Shown here piece after piece: positions 1 to 10,144 of a stretch of 36,535 nt of DNA. A program made the translations under genes and the position numbers. Source of the stretch: Octopus bimaculoides (taxonomy: Eukaryota); the NCBI RefSeq assembly GCF_001194135.2, contig NC_068989.1, positions 37,785,555 to 37,822,089 on the forward strand. Direction: 5' to 3'. Positions within the stretch are counted from its first letter, which is position 1. Every line of letters starts with the position of its first letter. A model generated the notes under the pieces. It ran no database searches and had not been told where the DNA came from. It worked only from the letters and a program-made list of their open reading frames with translations.

Positions 1-150
1 TATATACGTATATGTACATATGTATATATATATATGTATATGTACATATGTATATGTATACAAATGTATGTGTATGTGTGTGTATATATATATGTGTGTT
101 TGTATATATGAACATGTTTGTGTGTGTGTGTGTATAGTGTGTGTGTGTAT

Positions 151-182
<32 letters not shown>

Positions 183-1220
183 TTATATATCTGCATATAT
201 ATGTGTGTGTGTATACATACACACACATACACACACGAAAACATACACAATACACACACACATACACATACATATGCGCTCGCACATAAAATTTACACAC
301 ACACGCACTCACACACATATACATAAGCACATACACACACGTACACACATACACACGCACACACATACACACACATACTCGTACACGCACGCACAAAAAC
401 ATACACAATATATACATACAAACACGCGCACGCACATCCACATACACACACACACACGCACACACACACACAGGCATAGGCGCGAAAAAACGCACATAAA
501 CCTCTACATACAATCCCCCGTCTACACACACATGAACACACATCACATGCACACACAGATACACATGCACACACACAAAAGACATACACATGCACAAACA
601 AACCCACATACACACACATAACTCCTACACATACACAACACGCCCCCCCCCCCAAGTATACATACATACACACGACACACACATACACACACACACACAA
701 GACACACACACATGTAGAAACGAACTCACATACACACACACGCAAATGAACCCACACATAACTCACATATACACACAACAAACATTAACACATGCACGCA
801 CACATACTACGCATACACACACACACACACACACACAAAATAACCCACGTGCGATCCACAGAGCAAACCGCACGCATATACACACACGTACACACACATA
901 CACACATACACACACGCACACACAAATACAGGTAAACACTGCAAGAAAATCACACCCACACAACACACACATACACGCACACACACATACTCAAAAACTG
1001 CCTGCCCACTTTCTACCGACCATTGTCTACATCCACTCCCAAATTATTATTGCTACTAATTCCTTCCCCAACGTTACACGACAGACACACACACACACAC
1101 ACAAACACACACACTAACAGATAAACAGCCAAACCACACACACATACATACGTACATACATACACGTTCTGTTATTACACACACACACACACACTCACGG
1201 ACCCGCGCGCACGCACACAT
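1..1220. repeat. Compound degenerate (TA)/(TG)/(CA) microsatellite field
   Basis: Directly visible dinucleotide repeats. The overlapping His/Thr- and Cys/Val-rich ORFs are artefacts. Confidence 0.97.
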
Positions 1221-1334
1221 ACTTACCTCCCGCTTGCACTCTCCTGTCTTAGAAAGAACTTTTCCTCCACCCTTTCATTTCTGGTTATTCCACAATGTAA
1301 CCTCGTGGATATCGTTGGCGATTTTTTCTTCCTC

Positions 1335-1478
1335 CGTTTTTCCCTTCTTTGTTTCCGACGAAGAGCTCCGCTCGAAACGTCAAATTCTCTTTCTTTCCTT
1401 TCCCGAGCGTCTAGTAACACAATCTGTATCACGTCCTCACGTTGCTTTTTTTTTGTGTCTTTTTCCTTTTTTGAACCT
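1335..1478 (+). mobile_element. Short interspersed repeat resembling a Penelope-type terminal (pLTR) segment and carrying a hammerhead-like motif
   Basis: A diverged second copy lies on the - strand at ~32030-32200 (shared GAAGAGCT..GCTC.AAA.GT, TCTTTCTTTCCTT..C.GAGCGTCT, CACGTCCTC..GTTG). Contains a hammerhead-like core. Confidence 0.65.
1348..1385 (+). ncRNA. Minimal type-I hammerhead ribozyme-like motif with a U4C core substitution
   Basis: CCGACGA (1355-1361; consensus CUGANGA), an extra A, helix II GAGC-TCC-GCTC (1363-1373), GAAA (1374-1377), then CGTC giving the palindromic ACGT helix III and a GUC cleavage triplet ending at 1381. Helix I is short (TTT/AAA). Confidence 0.6.
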
Positions 1479-1649
1479 ATATATATATATATATAGAAGT
1501 AAAAAATTCTTGCTCTTGTTTTGAATTAATGAGAAAGTAATAAAGAGAAAGAACAAAGAGATGAAAGGTAAAGTGAAATTATAATCTTATTTTCTCAAAT
1601 TTTTATTAAGAGAGTAAAGAATGATACAGACAATAAATCCTTAGTTCCA

Positions 1650-3103
1650 GTGCGTTCATTTCATCCTATGGGGTATTTTGAAGACAGCAAATTTTTACAT
1701 TTAGTTATATTAATTTCTTCTTTGGAGAAAATGTTTTTTAAAATATCTTACATGCTTTTGAATTAATTGAAATTTTGAATTAATTGTTCCTGCTAATTCC
1801 TAAATTTTCAGCAAGGGTGACGTATGTATTGTTAATATATCCTCACTCATTTACACAACAAGTTTTCAATTTGGCCCATTTAATTTTCCTTACTGATTGA
1901 GCATATTTTGCAATATATGAAATTTCTTGTTTTGCAGTTCATGTCTGTGTTTATCCTGAAAGAGTTTTTGAGTTCTAATTTTATGTTGGAACCAGTTTCC
2001 AAGTGGTTGTAATTTTTTCACTACTGCATATTCCACATTCGCTGTCACCAAAAAATAAAAATAAAAATTCTGTATTATTTTCTGAACTGAATTTTGCCCA
2101 TGTGAGGCATTTCTTGCCATTGATCATTAGACTTCCATGGATCAAAACCTTCCCTTTTGTACTTTAGAAAAAGATCACGTAGGTTTGCTTTGATGGAAGT
2201 AAATATCTTTGATAATCCAGAATTAAAAATGTTGGCAAATGGGATTAAATTCCTTTTATCTTTTTGTTTTGATGTCCGAAGTTGAAATATATCTAACTTC
2301 TTTCCTTTTTAATATCCCATTGTGTAATAGTTTTAGGGATATATTTTTGTAGTTTTAGAAAGCCTTTCAGTTCTTTTAGTCATGTTCATCTAGTTTTAGA
2401 TTGACCACAATTGCACATATGCATCTTGTTATACAATGAGATATTTCATTTGATGTGTGATTTATGACATGCGAAAACACTCCAATATTGGTGTATATCC
2501 ATTTTTTAAATAGAATATCCATGTTGTGATCATGATATCACATGAATTTATGAAAATATACAAGAGTGATAGTGCTTTTCTACCTGTTTCCATTTGGATT
2601 TAATAGATGTATGGAGGGTGTTTAAGATGTAAACATATATAATTCATCCTTTGATCTCACTTGAATCGACACTAATAATAAAGAAGTCATTGAGAATGCA
2701 ACAATATTCAATGACATAGTCTTTAAAGTTTTGATTGAATGCCATTATTAAATTCTATTAAATTTCATGAATGCCATTATTAAATTCTACAATTCACATA
2801 CATTTGCATAAGAAGGTGACTGTATTGCACCCATTGATGTTCCTTTCAACTGTCTGTATGTTATTCCATTGATGTTGAATGTGTTTTCTTCCAGTACTAA
2901 TTGAAGAGTTTTTATGACGAAGTCTGTTTTAGAAGCATTCATTTATAATGCCTATTTGTTTTCTGTTAAGCCTGTAGTATAAAAGCTTGCTGCATCAAAG
3001 CCTGTTAAATTTATGCCTTTTGGGACTGTTGATGAGATGCATTTAAGAAAATTTGTGCCGTATCATATGTAACTTTGCTCTTTGGGTACAGAAGGTTAAG
3101 GAA
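1650..3103 (-). mobile_element. Penelope-like element (Neptune-like), 3' part: RT core plus GIY-YIG endonuclease, pseudogenised
   Basis: Minus-strand peptides: VPKGINLTGFDAASFYT (~2975-3030), LQLVLEENTFNINGITYRQLKGTSMG (~2829-2906), CGIC (2026-2037), FRINTDMNCKTRNFIYCKICSISKEN*MGQ (~1870-1960) and terminal KYPIG*NE (~1655-1680). Many stops and frameshifts. Confidence 0.9.
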
Positions 3104-4789
3104 TCTTAATATATAAAGCTGAAGTTGTGTGTCTGTGTGAAGCATTTTTAAAAGTTTATAGAAATCCATATTTTGCACATTTTCGTAAATTTTTTTTACA
3201 TCAATGGAATTTTCTCGATGTGAACTTTCGAGTGCAGTAATTAGATTTTTTAATTTCCATTTACTTTGTGATTTAAGGGAGATTTGGCTGTTGTTTCTAG
3301 CAACTTTTATATTTCTTCCCTTCTACCTGGAACGGCGTTCTTACACACGCGCTCAACAGAGAGAGAAAGTGATACATACAACGTCATAGATTAAACTTTC
3401 TTCTCAGTATTCTTTACTTATTTTTCATAACATTGATACGTAAAAACACACACAACCACACGTACGTAATCTGTGACAACAACATACACATTGCTCCCAT
3501 TCTCCATCTTCCCCTCTTCCTCTCTCAAACGCATACACGTGCAAGTAAACACAATCATTCACGTTCGTCAATGTGGCATAACTACAGAGTTGTACCCACC
3601 GACTTTGGAAGGTCATAACTTTCAGAAAAATGAATATTTTTTAATGAAATTTTCTATGCATATATTATATATTATGTAGATTCCGAATATATAAACATTT
3701 TCGGTGAAAGTGTTTTGGGAGGGTGTGGGGGACAATTTTCGGAAATTCCACTTAAATTCCTCTTAACTTCCAGGAAAATGAATATTTTTTCGTGAAATTT
3801 TCTACAAATATACCTTGATGTATGTACATTTCGAGGCATGTAGGAATTTTGATGGAAACAACTGCAGGTTATTTTTGAGAAGTGTTCCCCAGTCGGTGGT
3901 GTTTCGGAGCAAGTCGTCCATATTTGTTTCATTTTTCTCTATTATGTGCGTAAGTGCATCCATAGATTTCTAATGAAGTAATAGGCTGTGAAGAGAAGCC
4001 GTCATAAGAAAACTTTTAACTACCTCTTTTCCTTTCTCCCCCTCTCCCTACCTCTTCCTCTCTCGCTCTCTCAAACGCATACACGTGCAAGTACACAATC
4101 ATTCAGTAAAATATAACTCATGTTCGTCAATGTTTTGTAAATATACCACGATTTTCACCAGGGTGTTAGGGTCAGGGTTAGGAGTTAGAGTTTACGGTTA
4201 CGGTTAGGGTTAGGATTAGTGTTACGGTTACGGTTTTAGGGTCAGGGTTAGGGTTTAGGGTTAAGGTTACAGTTAAGTTTAGGATTAGTGTTACGGTTTT
4301 AGGGTTAGGGTTAGGGTTTAGGGTTAATGTTAGGGTTAGAAAGCAACCGGTTTAAAAAGACAAACTGCAGCAATTCACCACATTCCAGAAGCTACTTTGA
4401 ACATAATGCAAGATGGTGCATCAACATCTTCTGCCTAATCTGATAGAATTCTGGCAAAACTGTGTAGCAACAGATCGCCAGCAATTGCTTCATCACAAAT
4501 TGCCGTCCTACCTCCTGCTAAAAGGATTACCCTGCTATGTATAATCAGGGCAGCGCAAAAACTTGTTATGCACAAACATTTCTATAGCCAATTAGACACT
4601 TAATAATGTTACGCAAAACAGCCTTCAGACTTTCCCTATTAATTTCATTGTCTTTTGAATTATGAACATATTTACATCATAAGGGTTTTTTCGTTGTAAG
4701 GCTTTCTTTTTTAGTTGATTTTCACCTAGCAAGATTTATCGTAGATGGTGTAAAAGTCACACCCGGACAAGGTCGGGTTATACTGCTAG
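3104..4789 (+). mobile_element. Non-autonomous Helitron, 1686 bp
   Basis: 5' end A|TCTTAATATATAAAGCTGAAG. 3' hairpin ACCCG-GACAAGGT-CGGGT (4761-4778) followed by CTAG|T (4786-4790). Inserted between A and T with no TSD, and excision rejoins the flanking PLE RT. Remnant ILAKLCSNRSPAIASSQIAVLPPAKR (4448-4525) resembles Helitron Pif1 helicase motif Ia. Confidence 0.88.
4160..4340 (+). repeat. Degenerate telomere-like (TTAGGG)n array inside the Helitron
   Basis: TTAGGG units mixed with TCAGGG, TTACGG, TTAAGG and TTTAGGG variants. Confidence 0.9.
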
Positions 4790-6260
4790 TAAGCCTATAA
4801 AGTAACTCAGATGTTGTGTTGGGGATTGTGATCCCACCACCATTGGTCTCAGTTTTAGATCAGCTGGCCTCAGTATTTCTATGTAGCGATTATTTTGTTT
4901 ATTAATAGCTCTCTGTATTTTTAAGCTTTTATAAATTTAGTAATTCATAGAAGTAGCTTTCCTTTATTTTGAAATTGCATAAGTAATCAATTTCTTTATC
5001 CATGAAGGATTCTGAGTATTGATCGATTGGTGATTTAATTTTCTTTATGTTCACTTTAGATTCTTCCTTATTATAATTTCCTCTGTTAATTGTTCTAATA
5101 CTTTCCCTTTGTAAAAGTCTTTATCTATATTTATAATTGCCCTGCCTTTAGCATCTTCTTTTAAAATAATTCAATTGTCACTTTTCAATGTCTGTAGAAC
5201 TTTCTATTCTTTTTAAAGGATTTTGTTTGTATTTATGGGTAGTACTAGAGATTCTTGATATCATGTCAATATAAATGTCTAAATGTCCCTCTACTCCCCT
5301 TTGTGGAGTGAAGTTGGATTTATTCTTGATAACAAAAATAGTCATCTTCATTTCCTATTGTTGAAAAATTGTCAGGTAAAGGCATTGGTTAATGTTTTGC
5401 ATTTTTGCTTTTAGTTTGGTTATATTTGAGAGATATGTAGTAGCAAATTCGAATTCCATTGTTTAAATTTCATTTAGGTAAATTTATGGATTTTACGTCA
5501 GTAATTTCTGAGATTTTTTTAGTTTCTTTGATTCATCAAGTCTGGTGTCTGGCTGAAATAAGTTCTTAAAAATGAGCTTGCAGTATTGTGTCTTTTTCTG
5601 CTGTTAGCATTTCTTTTCTATTCGTAACTTTCTGAGCTGTCCATGTTATCTATAGGTGCTGCATCTATTTTGTCCACCTCTTCTTTCTGCCCTTCTATGC
5701 ATATTAATTCATCCATGACTTTTGAAATTATTAGTTTTCCATATCTTATGCATTTGTTTGTTGGGGTTCTGTGTTTTGACTTTGTAGTGTATGTTTCCTG
5801 TTTGAGTTTGAGGTGTTCTTTTGTATGTTTCCACATAAACATTCGATAGCTTAATTTCTTTGTCCAGTTTTATTATTTTTTTTTTGTAATATGTTTCTGT
5901 GCTTTTCTTTGATTTACCTTTCTTCTTCATATTTTTCCACTTGGTATAGTTTTCTGTGTGATGTCTTCTCCATAGTTTCTTTCTTAATCATCAAACAAAG
6001 CTGCTGCCTTCTCTATAACCTTGTAGCTTTATTTGTATTTATTTTTTGTGTTTGATATCTTGTTTTTACAATTGTTGGAGTTTTTCCTGAATTCAACCAT
6101 TATTTTCATTGGAAACTTTTACAAGAAGAGAGGCAAGTATTGCTTTAGATTTTTCTTTTTATCATGCTTTACATGCTTATAGAGGAGAAATTTCTGAATC
6201 TAGATGGCATATTGTTCATCTGATTAGGTCTTTTTCATATAAGTCTCATGATAAGTGAGA
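4790..6260 (-). mobile_element. Penelope-like element, 5' part (N-terminal domain to start of RT), same copy as 1650-3103
   Basis: Minus-strand peptides VIKNKSNFTPQRGVEGHLDIYI (~5270-5335), ILKEDAKGRAIINIDKDFYK (~5110-5170) and PADLKLRPMVVGSQSPTQHLSYFIGL (4790-4868) match PLE pre-RT motifs. The 5' boundary is uncertain. Confidence 0.85.
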
Positions 6261-6664
6261 GAGAGAAGGTAATTAAAGTGAGAGAGAGTGCGTAGTTTTG
6301 GTGAAATTGCCAGATAAATATAATTGCATCCTTAGATCCATCAGAAGCACTGTGCCATGAACACGGGAGAACATCTGCCATCCTTAGTCACACCAGCAAT
6401 ATAGCAGAGTGAGATTCAGAAGGAGAGGGAGTAGTTGAGATGAGCAATAGTAACTTGTGCACAAGATGCATTAGAGATAAAGATATAGGTGGCAGAGGAA
6501 TAGGTAAGAATGGTATAGGTGATAGACAAACAAATGATAAAGGGATGAGTAATGGGGGTGAGTGCTAGTAGTGCTGAAGGAAAAAGAACCTATTAAAAAG
6601 CTTGATGATTAGACTTGACAATACACACACACACACACAAACACTCAATTTTAGCTAATGGTTT

Positions 6665-7020
6665 GCCATATCTTGAGAGATGACTAGGTCTTCTCCCTCA
6701 CAGCATGTTGCCAACTAATGTAGTCCTTTGTCATCTCTTCTGAGATGGCAACAACTTCAGATCTCTCTTCACTGCTTATCCCAAGTATTCTTCAGTTTCC
6801 CTCTTTCACAGATCCATTCACTTTGAATATAATGATATCTTTTTATACACCTGACCTCCTAAGTTCTTCTTTCTTATTTATACTTCACATTATATCTGCC
6901 AGTGATATACAACAAACTTGACTTTCTCTGCATCCCATTTGCTTCTCTAGTAATAGATTCTCATTTTCCATTTAGCTTCACAATTCATCTGTTGTGAGGC
7001 CAGTTAGAAATTTCCAGAGA
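6665..7020 (-). mobile_element. RTE-clade LINE 3' fragment, decayed
   Basis: With frameshifts, the minus strand reads KVNG-CERGKLKNTWDK-VKRDLKLL-ISEEMTKDYISWQHAVREKT*, typical of the RTE C-terminus (RGRPRKTW...VKxDL). Confidence 0.75.
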
Positions 7021-7091
7021 GATAGTAAACATGTAATTACTGACTTGCCTTTGCTTTGTTTTTCTTTATTAGCACTGTCTTTCCTTTTGTC

Positions 7092-7661
7092 TATTATTAT
7101 TATTATTGAGTGAGAGAGCAGTGCATGCCATCAAAGTGACACTGGGGTAAAATATATGAAACCCATTATACCCATCATGACTACCTGTCTGATAAGGGTA
7201 CACCAGGCACATGCATCACAACCATACATGCGCGACATGGTGATTTGATATCAAGATAAACAGTGCATGACCTTGCAGGTGGAGCCCAGTTAGAATTTTC
7301 TTCAGGTCAGGTAGCCCATCCTGCTCAAAAGGTCCCTGAATAAGGTTTGTTTAAGGATGTTGAGCAAAATACCCATGTTTTCAAACGTGAATTATTCAAA
7401 CCCCAAAGAATTCCTCTCAACACATGGCTATGATGCTCCCCCACTACTTCTGCTCATGATCAGAGATGCACATATCGTCAGCCACCAAGGGACATGCTCA
7501 ACTGGTTAAGGTCAAACAACTGACAAGCAAATCTGTGGTATTGAGCAGAATATTTGCTGTAGCCCATCTTTTATACCAAGACAAAACAATGTACATGATA
7601 ACACTTCCAATCAGTTAAGATCAGAAGCCATGAGAGCCACTGCCTGGTACTGCATCCGGGC
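7092..7661 (-). mobile_element. ~570-bp SINE-like retroposon (family B) with (AAT)n tail
   Basis: A 5'-truncated copy lies at 11791-12056 (+) with the same 3' end and AAT tail. The head begins GCCCGGATGCAGTACC. Confidence 0.8.
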
Positions 7662-7890
7662 ATTTATTGTAATTATTATTATTATCATTATTATTATTAT
7701 TATTATTATTATATGATGAAAACTCACAGCTTATTTTGCTAGGCATGATGTAAAGGGTCAGCTGTCCACACCCAGCAGACTAAGGTGACACTTGTTTACT
7801 GGTCATGCTTCAAAAAGCCTGCAAAGAATTCTTGCAGTTTCAAGCAATGCTGATTTTTGTAGGTGTTCTACCTTCACACTTGTATCAATC

Positions 7891-7894
<4 letters not shown>

Positions 7895-7968
<74 letters not shown>
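7895..7968. repeat. (ATT)n microsatellite; similar tracts at ~7666-7712, 8225-8258 and 8662-8730
   Basis: Directly visible. The poly-Leu, poly-Asn and poly-Tyr ORFs are artefacts. Confidence 0.97.
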
Positions 7969-7969
<1 letters not shown>

Positions 7970-8183
7970 GGCGGTGTGCTAGCAGAATCATTAGAACACT
8001 GGGCAAAATGCTTAGTGGCATTTCATTCGCCTTTACATTCTGAGTTCAAATTCCACCGAGGTCAACTTTGCCTTTCATCCTTTCGGGATCAATAAAATAA
8101 GTACCAGTAGAGTACTGGGGTCAATGAAACCGGCTATCCCTATCCCCCAAATTTCAGGCCTTGTGCCTATAGTAGAAAGGATT
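7970..8183 (+). mobile_element. tRNA-derived SINE (family A), full length
   Basis: A-box-like TAGCAGAATC, B-box GAGTTCAAATTCC, central GCCTTTCATCCTTTCGGGATCAATAAAATAAGTACCAG, tail into (TTC)/(TTA) repeats. About ten copies or fragments occur in the window. Confidence 0.85.
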
Positions 8184-8195
8184 TTTCTTCTTCTT

Positions 8196-8226
<31 letters not shown>

Positions 8227-8260
8227 TTATTATTATTATTATTATCATTATTATTATTAA

Positions 8261-8304
8261 GGCAGTGAGCTGGCAGAATCGTTAGCATGCCAGGCAAAAT
8301 GCCT
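8261..8304 (+). mobile_element. Family A SINE head only
   Basis: GGCAGTGAGCTGGCAGAATCGTTAGCATGCCAGGCAAAATGC matches the start of 7970-8183. Confidence 0.75.
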
Positions 8305-8658
8305 TATAAATAGCCAAACTGGCATATAATGGGGAAAATGCTTTGAAAGTAAGGTACCGTTGAAATGTGAATATAAACGGAATAACACAAAGTTCGTATA
8401 GAAAACTTTCAACACATCTCTATGATCCTCTCTAGTCCATTGTGTGCATTTTGCTTTAGGTTGTTTTTGGTGGTGTCACTACAGACCTCGGGTTAGGGTT
8501 ATCCTGATTCTGGTTACCTGGCAGTTTGTTTTGTTTTAGAGTTTGTACCAGCAACAGATTTTTCGAGCCCAGTCTGGTTCCCCACTGGGTAACATGGTCC
8601 TTGTCCTGGGTGATGACAGATCTGGCATGAGTTTTGGCTTGTCATTAAAGCCTTGTTG

Positions 8659-8729
<71 letters not shown>

Positions 8730-9176
8730 TAATCTTTTGTATTTTCATTATAAAGAGATTAGTAAAAATTTACAAAACTTCTCTATTCAACTAATTAACT
8801 TTGTCAATTCCAATTACTGTTGTTGTTGTTGTTACTGTTGCTATTCTGTTTTAAAGCTGCTCATTTACGTATTTATTTTGTTTGTGTGTACTCATATCGG
8901 TTATTAGTTATGTTTGTTTATTGATTGTTTATTTATTGCTGTTATCATTATTGTTCTTAATTATTGATTTATTTGTTTGTATCAACAGCACTGGGCATTC
9001 ATTATCTTCTTCCTCATTAATATATGTTTTGGTCGATTATTCTAAGGTAGGTGGGTAGAAAAAAAATCAATAAACTATAGTACTCTTCACAATTAACTTC
9101 TCCTCCATCTTACCCTATCAGACATACCATTTCTTGTTTGTTATGCTTTTTTGCATGATTATTTGTTGCATTAATC

Positions 9177-9262
9177 NNNNNNNNNNNNNNNNNNNNNNNN
9201 NNNNNNNNNNNNNNNNNNNNNNNNNNNNNNNNNNNNNNNNNNNNNNNNNNNNNNNNNNNNNN
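9177..9262. other. Assembly gap (N run)
   Basis: Run of Ns. Confidence 0.99.
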
Positions 9263-9689
9263 CATTTTTGTTTTTGTTTCAGGAAATATTTATAATAAAA
9301 ATGGTATGTGTGTTGGGTTGGGGTGGGGTGGGGTGAGATGGGGGCGGCTTGCGGGTTGGGAGGGTAATAATGAGGAGGTTAATGCTTTTATGATGCTATT
9401 GCAAGTGATACTGCTGCTGATGCTGATGATGATGATGATGATAATGAGGAAGAGGTAGATGGGGAAAGAAGAGGTATGTTTCAAAAATGGTGGTGATAAT
9501 CATGATAATTATAATATTAAATAATAACGATGATGATAGTTTATAAAGACCAAAAACAAAAAGAAAAACAATCCACCATTTGAGATAAAAATAAAATTAA
9601 TATGAATAACATACAAATGTTAATGATAATGATGATGAACGATGATATTTATAATGATAAAAATGATGATAATATCAATGATGATTTAT

Positions 9690-10125
9690 AGGTTTGGCAC
9701 AAAGCCACAAAATTGTTGGGGAGGAATATCATTGATTTAATTGACCTGGGTATGTGACTTATTTTATTTACTGGCCCAGCCCACTACCCTGAAGCATGAA
9801 TAGTAAAATTAACCTTAGTGAGATACGAACTCAAAACATAAAGAAAAAGGACTAAATACTGTTCAACTATTTCTATTGCCCTAATTTTCTTATGATAAAT
9901 GTTTCCAGCTGAGACATAAGACCTGAAATTTGAGGTGAGGGCAAATATTAGGTGATTAAATCAAACATCATTGTTTGACTGGTACTTCCTAATATCAATC
10001 CCAAAACAGATCGAAGGCAAAGTTGATCTTGAAGGTATTTGAACATAGAATATAAATTGGTGAATCCAGAAGAAATACCTCAAAGCATTTTCTTCAATGC
10101 TTTAACAATTCTGGCAATCCACCAC
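9690..10125 (-). mobile_element. Two diverged family A SINE copies (~9690-9895 and ~9910-10125)
   Basis: Reverse-complement matches to the family A tail, centre and B-box (e.g. ACTGGTACTT, GAAGGCAAAGTTGA, ATTTGAAC). Confidence 0.7.
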
Positions 10126-10144
10126 CACCACCATAATAACAATA

